Below, piece after piece: positions 7,692 to 16,036 of a DNA stretch of 20,000 nucleotides. Below the pieces are notes generated by a model, which saw only the letters and a program-made list of their open reading frames with translations, was not told where the DNA came from and made no database searches. The position numbers and the translations under genes were made by a program. Location: IMG/VR virus record IMGVR_UViG_3300010430_000021. One strand, 5' to 3'. The DNA is from an uncultured virus (IMG/VR IMGVR_UViG_3300010430_000021) (lineage: Duplodnaviria; Heunggongvirae; Uroviricota; Caudoviricetes). How positions within the stretch are numbered: the stretch's first letter is position 1; each line of letters starts with the position of its first letter.

Positions 7692-8139
7692 GAGGCCCCC
7701 TTGTGAATCGGACCCCAATCCCAACGGCGTCTACCGTGTTGTGGAATAGCGACATGGCCTTGGGCTTCTCGATGCGGTCGCGCTCGTCTTTCGAGAGCTT
7801 GCTCAAGATGCGCTCGGTCATGATTTTCTTGGGCGTCCCACCCTTCCAGTTGTGAGGCTCGTACTCCACGATGCGGCAGCGAGGGAGCCTGCCCGTCACG
7901 CGGCCCGACATGAGCAAGAGCTCAACAAGGTCGGCGGGCCTCTTGCTGTCCTTCCGAATCTGCATTCGCTCGATCACAATCGTTCGGATCAGCACCGCGC
8001 TCACCGGAATCTTCTCGATCACGTTGTCCGCGGTCTCTGCCCACGTATTGCCTCGGGCGAGCCACGCCGTCGTGAGCTCCTTGTCTTCCCACAAGGAAAC
8101 CCCTGCCACCTTCTTACCTGGATCTAAACATAGAATCAT
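7675..8139 (-). CDS. RuvC-like Holliday junction resolvase
   Basis: MILCLDPG (catalytic D), IVIERMQ (E), PHNWKG, HNTVDAVGIG (D). Confidence 0.85.
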   Translation of the reverse strand: MILCLDPGKKVAGVSLWEDKELTTAWLARGNTWAETADNVIEKIPVSAVLIRTIVIERMQIRKDSKRPADLVELLLMSGRVTGRLPRCRIVEYEPHNWKGGTPKKIMTERILSKLSKDERDRIEKPKAMSLFHNTVDAVGIGVRFTRGPHALGK

Positions 8140-8447
8140 TTCTCTCTCCTGAATTTCCCGCGCCACCAAAACCCCTTGGCCTTTGGAGGTTTGACTTCCA
8201 CCTTCTTGAGCGCCTCTTTGACTTCCCTCTTCTCTCGGGACTCTAGGCGCTTCTTTTTCTTCTCCGCGGGGCTGAGGCTCACTGCTTGCTTCTCAAGGGC
8301 ATCCCAAAGCGATAGAGGTTTTGGGTTCATACACATGCTGCAAGTGTGGTCCTCGTGCTTGACGCCCTCGAGCTCTCGGACGTAGTGCCCGCACTCAAGC
8401 AAGATCCAAACGTCGTCTCCGCTATTTTCAAACTGGAACCTACTCAC
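8136..8447 (-). CDS. Small Zn-binding protein (LECGH...CSMC) with a basic C-terminus
   Basis: GTGA and ATGA overlaps at the two ends. Confidence 0.7.
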   Translation of the reverse strand: MSRFQFENSGDDVWILLECGHYVRELEGVKHEDHTCSMCMNPKPLSLWDALEKQAVSLSPAEKKKKRLESREKREVKEALKKVEVKPPKAKGFWWRGKFRREK

Positions 8448-10435
8448 GCCGCCATCGCCTCTACGTTGCGAGAGAAGTCCTCAATCCACTCCTTGCCTTC
8501 CTTCTTGCAAGGGACAAGGACTTGCTCTCCGTTGATTTCACGGAAGACGGGCGCCGCGCCCTTCTTCCAGGTGAAGCACATAGCCCCCGTCGCGCCGATA
8601 GGTACGTCGGGAACAAAGCGCTCCATGCTTTCTCTCATGATTTTCTCGAGCTCCTTCATCGCTCGGCTCGCACGCACGCGGCCTAGGTCGGTACCGTCAA
8701 AGGGAATCTCCATTCCAATCTCATCGTGAGCGAAGAGCCAAGGCCGGCAGCCGAACAACGGAGATTCTGTGTCCACGTAGCAAGCGTAGGCCACGTCGAA
8801 GAGTGCTTTCTTGGCGCCCATCGCGGCGAGGTTTTGGAAGTACCCGTTGCAGATCTGCGTGTACCCAACATCGCCTCGAATGAGTCCCGAGATGAAGAAC
8901 TCAACTTGGTTGATACCAAGGTCCTTGTCCTTGCTGTCGGAGACTTCCGAGCAGAAGGCGAAGTACCGAGTCATCTCCGGCCACATTGCGCGGAAGCCTG
9001 CGTGAAGCTCCTTGGCGCGGGCAACCGACATGTCTACGCCAAAGCCGCGGGCGTACTCGATGAAGGCCAGGTGGCCCATGCCGCCAGCCATTCCGTAGTT
9101 CGCAATCTTGGCGCCCTGTCGTGTCTCTTTGACTTCGGGGTCCTCGTTCTCGAGAAGCTCCATTGCCTCTTCGTAGGAGAGTCCGAGCATCGACGCGGCG
9201 AATGCACAGTGAAGGTCTTTGCCCTCCTTGATGGCCTCGGCAATCTCGGAGTGTCCAAAGAGCCAGATGCACACTTGCGCGAGCGTCCGCATCTCGAGCG
9301 TGTCGTAATCACAAAACCCGTAGATGTAGTTGGGCCTGGCTTCCCAGCAATCGCGAACGCCGCCATCACGAGGAAGGTTCTGGATGTTGGGCTTGGAGCA
9401 CGACGTTCGATACGTCTCAAGGATGCAGTTGTAGCGCGGGTTGATTGGTACTCGCGTACCAAGCTCGAGCATTGGAATGTACGTCGAGAGTAGTTTGCCG
9501 ACTCGCACGAGCTCGGCGACGGCCACCATGCCAGGGTGCGCTTCAATCTCGGGATACTCACGCATGAGCATCGTGTCGCGAGACGTGGACACGCGGCCTG
9601 TGTCTGTCTCGGGAACTTTCAGCCCGTGTTGGGTATAGGTGTCATCGACAAGGGTGTAAATCTTGTCCATGATTCGCGCCCACTTGTACTCGCCTTTGTC
9701 CTTCTTGATTCGGACGAGCCCGTACTTGCGGCAAATCTCGACTTGCGCATCGTATGCCTCTTGGAATTCTTCTTTGAGGATCGCAATGTCTTCGGCGGTC
9801 GTTCTCGACCCCCAAACCGACTGGAGTTGTAGCGCCCAATCTGGTTGGGTCTGCGACCACTCCATCTCGAGTAGTTTGTGGTGCGTGTCTTTCTCTTGCT
9901 CGAAGAAGATTTCGAGGGCGTAGATCGAATCGAAGAGCGAGTATTTGAGCGCTGCCTCGGGCCACTCCTCGACGGGGACGTTGTGGAGCGTGTAGTAGCG
10001 CAAGCGCCACACGTCGCCTTCTTTGTCGCCAAAGGTCCACTTGCCTAGGATTCGGTGACACAGATCAGCCAGCGCGTACTTCTGCGCCTTGAACTCGCCG
10101 GTCTCTTCGTTGAAGACGTACTTGAGCTCGCCTTTGGCGTTGTCGAGAATCTTCTGCCGGATGCCTGTGTCGTGGATGCGTCCTTCGATGTAGGCCGCGA
10201 ATACGAGAGGTAGCAGTCTCGGACGCTCGGCGACACAGACAGAGAGGTCGAACCGTGCGTTGTGCGCAACAAGGTGGTCTCCTGCAAGCAGCGCGGCCTC
10301 GAGCCAGTCGAGTCCCTCTTCGGTCAAGAGTACGCCGGAATCCCCGTTCGCGCTCGCGAACGAGAGGCACACCATCTTCGGGATTGGGTTGCCCGGCGTG
10401 ATGAGGAAGGTCTCAACGTCGAATGCGTGGATCAT
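8444..10435 (-). CDS. polA: Family A DNA polymerase with 3'-5' exonuclease domain
   Basis: ExoI FDVET, ExoII HNARFD, ExoIII YSLFDS; SKPNIQNLPR; motif A CDYDTLEMR; motif B RQGAKIANYG; motif C FAHDEI. Confidence 0.95.
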   Translation of the reverse strand: MIHAFDVETFLITPGNPIPKMVCLSFASANGDSGVLLTEEGLDWLEAALLAGDHLVAHNARFDLSVCVAERPRLLPLVFAAYIEGRIHDTGIRQKILDNAKGELKYVFNEETGEFKAQKYALADLCHRILGKWTFGDKEGDVWRLRYYTLHNVPVEEWPEAALKYSLFDSIYALEIFFEQEKDTHHKLLEMEWSQTQPDWALQLQSVWGSRTTAEDIAILKEEFQEAYDAQVEICRKYGLVRIKKDKGEYKWARIMDKIYTLVDDTYTQHGLKVPETDTGRVSTSRDTMLMREYPEIEAHPGMVAVAELVRVGKLLSTYIPMLELGTRVPINPRYNCILETYRTSCSKPNIQNLPRDGGVRDCWEARPNYIYGFCDYDTLEMRTLAQVCIWLFGHSEIAEAIKEGKDLHCAFAASMLGLSYEEAMELLENEDPEVKETRQGAKIANYGMAGGMGHLAFIEYARGFGVDMSVARAKELHAGFRAMWPEMTRYFAFCSEVSDSKDKDLGINQVEFFISGLIRGDVGYTQICNGYFQNLAAMGAKKALFDVAYACYVDTESPLFGCRPWLFAHDEIGMEIPFDGTDLGRVRASRAMKELEKIMRESMERFVPDVPIGATGAMCFTWKKGAAPVFREINGEQVLVPCKKEGKEWIEDFSRNVEAMAA

Positions 10436-10605
10436 TTCCGATGCTCCATCTCTACGTCGTCATCGTTGAGCTTGGTGTGCCTACCGTCTGTGTGTGTCCA
10501 ACACCCGTGAAGACCGTCGTGGTCTTTCTCACGCCCACACAAAATAATCACGGTCCCGTGGAAGGCTTTGAAAGGTACAGGGTGATTGCAGAAGTGAAAC
10601 GTCAT
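10432..10605 (-). CDS. 57-aa Cys/His protein (C...CGREKDHDGLH), absent from the ORF track
   Basis: Hand translation MTFHFCNHPVPFKAFHGTVIILCGREKDHDGLHGCWTH...; ATGA overlaps at both ends. Confidence 0.75.
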   Translation of the reverse strand: MTFHFCNHPVPFKAFHGTVIILCGREKDHDGLHGCWTHTDGRHTKLNDDDVEMEHRK

Positions 10606-10913
10606 GGCGCGGTCAAATCGTAGTTAGGGTGGACGGAGCCTCGGAGCTTGTCGGCGTCGATGGCGAGGATGCGGGGGTCTTCAAACGCTTTCATCCCGCT
10701 ACGGCTTTCCTTCGGCTCGAAGTGCTCGACGGCCAGCATGATTTTGCTGGGGTAGACGATGGGGCGGTCGCACGACCACGCGGCACAAGGAAGCACCAGC
10801 TTCTCTAGCAGTCCGCGGGTCTGCCTAGCGTCGTGGAGGGAGCACACGGGAAAGTCCTCGATGTACCCCTCAACAACGTAGTCGCAACCGTATACGGCGC
10901 AACTCTGGCTCAA
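10602..10913 (-). CDS. Zn-finger protein (CAVYGC...CSLH, CAAWSC)
   Basis: TTG at 10913 overlaps the tmk stop; 103 aa. Confidence 0.65.
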   Translation of the reverse strand: MSQSCAVYGCDYVVEGYIEDFPVCSLHDARQTRGLLEKLVLPCAAWSCDRPIVYPSKIMLAVEHFEPKESRSGMKAFEDPRILAIDADKLRGSVHPNYDLTAP

Positions 10914-11485
10914 AGCTCGAGCACCCTCAGAACTTCGGCGTGAACTTCTTCGGGGCTCTGGTCTGCTTTGACGATGAAGACATCGCTCACGATGTCCTGG
11001 GCCGACCTGTAGAACTGTCGCGCTTCCATCAAGCGCTTCTCGTTCATCTCGTACTCGTCTTCGCGCTTGGGTCGTCGTCGGAACGATTCGCCAACCGAGA
11101 TGTCGAGAACGATCCACTGGTGAGGCTGGATAAGTCTTGCGTGGACTCTCAAAAGCCAATCGAGGGGGAGTCCATCCGTTTGCCCGTAGACAAGGCCGCT
11201 CATCCAATAGCGGTCCAGAATCACGAGCTCGCCCCTTGCGTGGGCCTCTTCGATTTTGTGTGCGCTCTCGTAACGGTTCACCGTCATGAGAGACTGTAGG
11301 ATTAGACCGTCGCGTTCGTCGTCTTCGGACTTCAAGAGCCCGGAGATCTTCTTCCCTGTGTCCGTGGTGTAGTTCGGGAAGTCGAACTTCGATACCTTAA
11401 TGCCCTTGTTGATAGCGTGACGCTCCAACATGCGAACCTGTGTCTCTTTGCCACAGGCATCAATTCCTTCAAACGCGACGATCAT
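10910..11485 (-). CDS. tmk: Thymidylate kinase
   Basis: IVAFEGIDACGKETQ P-loop, FPNY, VILDRYWMSGLVYG, LDIS; AGGAG SD. Confidence 0.93.
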   Translation of the reverse strand: MIVAFEGIDACGKETQVRMLERHAINKGIKVSKFDFPNYTTDTGKKISGLLKSEDDERDGLILQSLMTVNRYESAHKIEEAHARGELVILDRYWMSGLVYGQTDGLPLDWLLRVHARLIQPHQWIVLDISVGESFRRRPKREDEYEMNEKRLMEARQFYRSAQDIVSDVFIVKADQSPEEVHAEVLRVLEL

Positions 11486-11507
11486 AATCTCTCCTGATAG
11501 GGGTGGC

Positions 11508-11527
11508 CCGGAGCCCGAAGGCTCCGG
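11508..11527 (-). other. Stable cUUCGg hairpin without a U-tract
   Basis: Minus strand CCGGAGCC-TTCG-GGCTCCGG between the putative ssb and tmk. Confidence 0.75.
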
Positions 11528-11544
11528 TACCGGGTGGTGGGTTG

Positions 11545-12063
11545 TTAGTTTGCTTCTTCGACGGTCTCAGGCCACGACGATGGCCTGTCGGTGTACCAAC
11601 TGTGGATGGTGAAAGGTGAGCCCTTCCCTTTGTTGGTCACGATGCCCGTCGTCTTGAGATAGACGATGGTGTCGACGAGCAAGTTGTCCTCACCGCAGGC
11701 GACGTTGTACATGCCCTTCATGTCCGTCCAATCTTCGTCGTTGTTCGGATCGAGCAGATCGAGGCCATGCTCCTCGTCGCGAGAGTAGACCGTCCATGCG
11801 GCGCGGAGGAAGTCTGCGACGTTGCCCGCGGCAGCATCAAGGGACAGCTTGACGACTTGAGATGCGCAGAAACCTTCGCCCTGCTTCTCGTTGTCGCTCT
11901 CGATGATACGGGCCTCAACGATGAAGAAGTCGTCGGAACGTCCCTCTTTGTCGATGCACTTCGTAACGGCCACTTTGTAGTGGTGGTCGGGATCGAAGTA
12001 GACGCCGCCTTCGCTGCCTTTTGCGGTTGGTAGTTTGTCGAAAAAGTCTTTTGCTTTAGCCAT
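11545..12063 (-). CDS. Putative single-stranded DNA-binding protein (OB-fold, DUF669-like)
   Basis: Size, beta-rich aromatic pattern, acidic end and position among helicase, nuclease and polymerase genes. Confidence 0.55.
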   Translation of the reverse strand: MAKAKDFFDKLPTAKGSEGGVYFDPDHHYKVAVTKCIDKEGRSDDFFIVEARIIESDNEKQGEGFCASQVVKLSLDAAAGNVADFLRAAWTVYSRDEEHGLDLLDPNNDEDWTDMKGMYNVACGEDNLLVDTIVYLKTTGIVTNKGKGSPFTIHSWYTDRPSSWPETVEEAN

Positions 12064-12067
12064 GTTC

Positions 12068-14263
12068 TTATTCCTCTGTTTGTTCTTGGTTTTGGTTTTG
12101 GTTTTGGTTTTGCCCGAAGGCTTCTATTTGTTTTTGTCTCTCTGAGTTGATTAGCTTCTGTGCGATTTTCTTCTGATGGATTCCCTCCCCGTCTGCGTAC
12201 AAAATCTTCTGGCGTTGGCCTGTTGAGTCTTCGATGTACATGGCGTCGTTGATGACATCGTTCATGCACTTGTCCAAAGCGTCGGTGTGTCCGTAGCAAT
12301 CGTCGATCACCAAGTCCGATAGCTGCCCGGGCCTGTGCGTTCTACCAGCTTTTTGCTCGTAGAGTTTGCCGTTCGTCGGCATTGTGGTGGTGATGTTGGT
12401 GTTGTAATGCTGGAGATTCTTGCCGGTCGCTTGCGTGGCCATACTACAGATGATCACGTCTTCTTTCGACGGCGAGGCATCGGTCCCTGCTCCGTAGAGA
12501 GGCCATCCCGTCTTCTCGTGAAGGAGCTCGCCGATGACCGTGGACTCGTACCAGACAATAACCTTGCGCCCGTCGTCAACATACTTCTGAGCTCGCTTGA
12601 TGGCGTCATCGACAAGGAACGGATCGATCATCACCGCTTCGGTCGGCGGCGTGGGATTGTAGAGGGTCTTGACCTTCTTCCAGGTGATGTACTCTTCGCA
12701 AGGGAAGAGTTTCGCGTCGGGCGCGGGCCTCAGTTTGTTGACGCCCGTGCAGAAACTTCGGTGGTCGGGGTCGGGGTAGATTTTGCACTCGACCGCTACC
12801 CACTCTTTGCCTTTGCGTGTGCAGTCTTCGGGGTGGTCGGGGTCAACCTTGCAGTCGTACTCCGTCGTCTGCATACCGCAATCACCATCTTGGCAATCTT
12901 CATCGCCGCAGGCGTCGCCGGCATCGCAGGGGAATTTGCGCTTGGTACATTTGCTGTGGTCTTCGCCAACCCACTCACCTTCGCAATCGCTGTGGTCCTC
13001 AACGGATTTGCGCCAACGCTCCGCGGCATTGGTGACTAGGAGCTCGGAGTCGAGACCTTGCCCGCCCGTCTTGAGCCGTTCGCGCACTTCACGCTTCCAG
13101 GCGGCGCGAGCCTCGAGCCACGCAACGTCTTGCTCGCTAGGGCCACCTTCGGGCCAAACCCATCGGTAGTAGAAGCCGCACGACATCTGGCGACAAAAGC
13201 GCCAAAACGAAATGGGAGATGCGTACTCTTCCCCGTTGTAAGCCCACGTCTCGTGAACTTCTTCGAGCGCCTCCGTGACGGATGCGGGGATGAACTCAGG
13301 TTGGATGATGCGGACGAGTAGGCTTGTGCCCAACGCGCCCTTCTCAGTCGCAACGACGCCGCGTGTCCCTACGAGACGGCGCCGGAATCCTACCCGGACG
13401 TTTCCTTCGTCCTCTGGCTGGACGAAATGACGTAGAACACCAGGATCAACAGGGGAGGTCGGGCGCACGTCGAGAGCACCGGACCACAGTTTGAGCTCAT
13501 TGTGGTTGTTGGGGAGAGGGGAGTTTTTGCGCAGGCAGAGCTCGAGGAGGTGCGCGTAGTCGAGAATGCTTCTCGATGTCATGGTGCCCGATAGGGCGAC
13601 CAAGCGGCAATGCGGATTCTCGCGCATGTACCTTCGGAATCGTTTGGTCCTTGCGCTTGTCGGTCGGCGCAGGTTGTGGGCTTCGTCTAGGATGATGAGG
13701 TCGGGGTTGAGCTCATCGAGCAAGCCCGTGTTCTTCGCGAGTGACAACTCGCTGTAAGCCAAGATGCGGACGATGCGTTCAAGGGGTAGATTGAAGTGAG
13801 GCCCGTAGACTTCCTCGATCTCCCTCGCGAGCTGGTCGCGCAACTGTGGCGGTACCAGGAGCACGGCTCTCTCGGAGTCCATCGCCTCGGGCATGAGTAG
13901 CGTGATGAGCGTCTTGCCGTGGCCGACGCCAATCGGGCCAAAGAGCCCGTTGGCGTAGCAAGCCTCGATGAGCGCTGCGTTCTGAATGGGGCGAAGCTGC
14001 ATCGTGCCCCCGTCCTTGCGGAAGATGCTGGTGAGGTCGGTGACGTTCTCCAGATCTAGGTCACGGACGGGGACCTTCATGATGCGTGAGAACTCAGAAG
14101 AATTCGTCACAACATCCTTGTACCCGTTCTTGCGGGCGTCCTTGCTCTTCACCTTGTTCAAGGCTTGAGCGAATGCGGTCCTTGGATCTGCTTTTTCGAT
14201 CTTAGACCCAACCGCATCGAACGCTTCCGCGAACGGGTTGTGTTTGAGCTCCGCTTCAGACAT
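12068..14263 (-). CDS. Superfamily 2 (SNF2-like) DNA helicase with a Cys-rich insertion
   Basis: LRPIQ, GVGHGKT, ILDEAH, LSGT, ATGKNLQ, YEQKAGRTHRPGQ. Confidence 0.92.
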   Translation of the reverse strand: MSEAELKHNPFAEAFDAVGSKIEKADPRTAFAQALNKVKSKDARKNGYKDVVTNSSEFSRIMKVPVRDLDLENVTDLTSIFRKDGGTMQLRPIQNAALIEACYANGLFGPIGVGHGKTLITLLMPEAMDSERAVLLVPPQLRDQLAREIEEVYGPHFNLPLERIVRILAYSELSLAKNTGLLDELNPDLIILDEAHNLRRPTSARTKRFRRYMRENPHCRLVALSGTMTSRSILDYAHLLELCLRKNSPLPNNHNELKLWSGALDVRPTSPVDPGVLRHFVQPEDEGNVRVGFRRRLVGTRGVVATEKGALGTSLLVRIIQPEFIPASVTEALEEVHETWAYNGEEYASPISFWRFCRQMSCGFYYRWVWPEGGPSEQDVAWLEARAAWKREVRERLKTGGQGLDSELLVTNAAERWRKSVEDHSDCEGEWVGEDHSKCTKRKFPCDAGDACGDEDCQDGDCGMQTTEYDCKVDPDHPEDCTRKGKEWVAVECKIYPDPDHRSFCTGVNKLRPAPDAKLFPCEEYITWKKVKTLYNPTPPTEAVMIDPFLVDDAIKRAQKYVDDGRKVIVWYESTVIGELLHEKTGWPLYGAGTDASPSKEDVIICSMATQATGKNLQHYNTNITTTMPTNGKLYEQKAGRTHRPGQLSDLVIDDCYGHTDALDKCMNDVINDAMYIEDSTGQRQKILYADGEGIHQKKIAQKLINSERQKQIEAFGQNQNQNQNQEQTEE
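12086..12112 (-). repeat. (CAAAAC)n hexamer repeat encoding QNQNQNQNQ
   Basis: Tandem TTTTGG units on the + strand. Confidence 0.9.
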
Positions 14264-15918
14264 TAGCGTCCTGCCGCCTCAACAACATCGGTGGCGTGAG
14301 GAATCAGCGCTGTTGCGATGTCTTGACCAAGACCGCTGCGTACAGCGACGAGAGCGGACGGCACGCCGTCTTCCTCAATCTTGGCTTGGATGGCTCGAGC
14401 GAGGGCAACCTGCTTCTCGCTGTACCCCGTGAGTCGGAAGTCGGGGAGCTCGGTCGCTTCCAGAGTCGCCTCGTTCAGCTTCACAAGCGCCTCGGCGAAC
14501 CAATCCTCGGCCATGATGGCTGTGTGGTCCTGGCCCTTCACAGGGCGGCAGCCGATGTAGAGCGTGAACTCACGCTTGGACTTGCGCTTGGTGGTCTTCT
14601 TGGCCGGCGCCTTGCCCTCCTTCTTGGCAGCGGCAGCGGCCTTCTTGGCCTCCTTGGCGGCCTGCTTCTCGGCGGCCTCGGCGCGGATTCGCTCCATTTC
14701 CTCCTTGGCAGTCTCGCGAGGGGCTCCATCGGGGGGCGTAATGGTGTCTGAGGCTTCTGAATCCGCTTTCTCAGCGGTGTTCTCGGCGGCAGCCTCCACG
14801 TATTCCCCGGTTCCCTCATCGACGGCCTCAGCGGCCTCAGCGGCCTCTTCTTCCTTGGGGGCCTTGGTCGTGTTGACGGGCTTTTTCTTGAGCATCGCGG
14901 CAAAGCCTCCAGCCTTGGCCGGTGCCTTCTCCTTGGGAGCCTCTTTCTTGGCGGCGGGCGCCTTCTTGGCGGCGGGCGCCTTCTTGGCGGCGGGCTCTTT
15001 CTTCCCTTCAGCTTGCGCGTCTTTCGCGCCCTTAATCTTGTCCATGAATCCAGCCATATCTATTTTCTTCTTCCTTGGTTTTGGTGTGGTGATGGCAAAC
15101 AGAGACTCGGTTGCTCGAATGCCGCACTTGGGTTTGTAGTCGCATCCACCGTAAGAGGGGCAATGCGCTGTGTTTGGTTCTAGGTCTTCAAAGGACTCGA
15201 CGAGTGCGGCCTTCTCCATCTCGAACATCACGGCTTGGTCTCGTGCCCAATACTTCGCGTTGCTCTCTCTGGAGATGATTTGCTTTACCTTGAGTACCTT
15301 TGTGCTTTTTGGTTTCTTGACAGCGACGCCGCTGGTGACTTTGACGTAGTAGTGCTCGACTTGCACTTCCATGAGGTCTTCGTCGATTTCAAAGGCCCAC
15401 TTGGCATACATGTTCATCTGTATGTCTTCGTGAAGCTCTGCCGGCGTGAGTGCTGTTCTTAGGTCTGTTTTTGTTTTCAGGTCGCCGATGACAAGACGCC
15501 CTACTTCGTTGATGAAGAGGAGATCGATTAGGCCAACAATGGGATGGCCGTCAACAGCGTCGTGGTACCCGGTTATGACTTTCCCCGAGACATGATCGAG
15601 GAAGAACTTTCCCTCGGCTCGGACTTTGGTTTTGTTTGGGTCCGGTATTAGATCAGCAGCGACAAGCCATTCGATGTAGCGGAAGTACCCAAGCTCGTGA
15701 GTTTGGGGAATCGTTCCTGTGTTGAGATAATCCTCGAGGATCGAGTGAATCTCTTTACCCCTGATTTGCGCAGGAGTGTCGGGCGTCTTGTCTCCCAGAA
15801 TCCACTTGAGGTACCAAGTGCGTTTGCAATTGATGTACGCCTGGATCTGGGACGCTGAAAAGTTACGGATTGGTTTCGGTTTTAGAACCTTCTCTAATTC
15901 TTCGGGCGGCAACGTCAT
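14263..15918 (-). CDS. PD-(D/E)XK exonuclease (Cas4/AddB-like, 4-Cys Fe-S staple) with a long Ala/Lys/Glu-rich linker and a C-terminal domain
   Basis: SASQIQAYINCKR, GKEIH, GLIDLL, GDLKT, QMNMYA, CPSYGGCDYKPKC. Confidence 0.9.
   Translation of the reverse strand: MTLPPEELEKVLKPKPIRNFSASQIQAYINCKRTWYLKWILGDKTPDTPAQIRGKEIHSILEDYLNTGTIPQTHELGYFRYIEWLVAADLIPDPNKTKVRAEGKFFLDHVSGKVITGYHDAVDGHPIVGLIDLLFINEVGRLVIGDLKTKTDLRTALTPAELHEDIQMNMYAKWAFEIDEDLMEVQVEHYYVKVTSGVAVKKPKSTKVLKVKQIISRESNAKYWARDQAVMFEMEKAALVESFEDLEPNTAHCPSYGGCDYKPKCGIRATESLFAITTPKPRKKKIDMAGFMDKIKGAKDAQAEGKKEPAAKKAPAAKKAPAAKKEAPKEKAPAKAGGFAAMLKKKPVNTTKAPKEEEAAEAAEAVDEGTGEYVEAAAENTAEKADSEASDTITPPDGAPRETAKEEMERIRAEAAEKQAAKEAKKAAAAAKKEGKAPAKKTTKRKSKREFTLYIGCRPVKGQDHTAIMAEDWFAEALVKLNEATLEATELPDFRLTGYSEKQVALARAIQAKIEEDGVPSALVAVRSGLGQDIATALIPHATDVVEAAGR
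14945..14995 (-). repeat. 18-bp tandem repeat (about 2.8 copies) encoding PAAKKA
   Basis: TTCTTGGCGGCGGGCGCC twice plus a partial third copy. Confidence 0.95.
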
Positions 15919-16033
15919 TTAGAATTTTCTGCTCCATGCTCTTGTGTATCTCGGTCCCCCGCCTCATGGCTTCGGACTGCTTAGGTTTGTTGTTTGCGTA
16001 GGTGATGTACCAACGTCTCGGGCATTCGTTCAT
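15863..16033 (-). CDS. 56-aa ORF similar to the N-terminus of the adjacent nuclease, absent from the ORF track
   Basis: MNECPRRWYITYANNKPKQSEAMRRGTEIHKSMEQKILN...; AGGA SD; starts 3 nt after the primase stop. Confidence 0.7.
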   Translation of the reverse strand: MNECPRRWYITYANNKPKQSEAMRRGTEIHKSMEQKILNDVAARRIREGSKTETNP

Positions 16034-16036
16034 TCT

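Noticed and set aside
12698..12997. Intein in the helicase
   Set aside because: No HN-C/S/T splice junction, no intein block B and no homing endonuclease motifs
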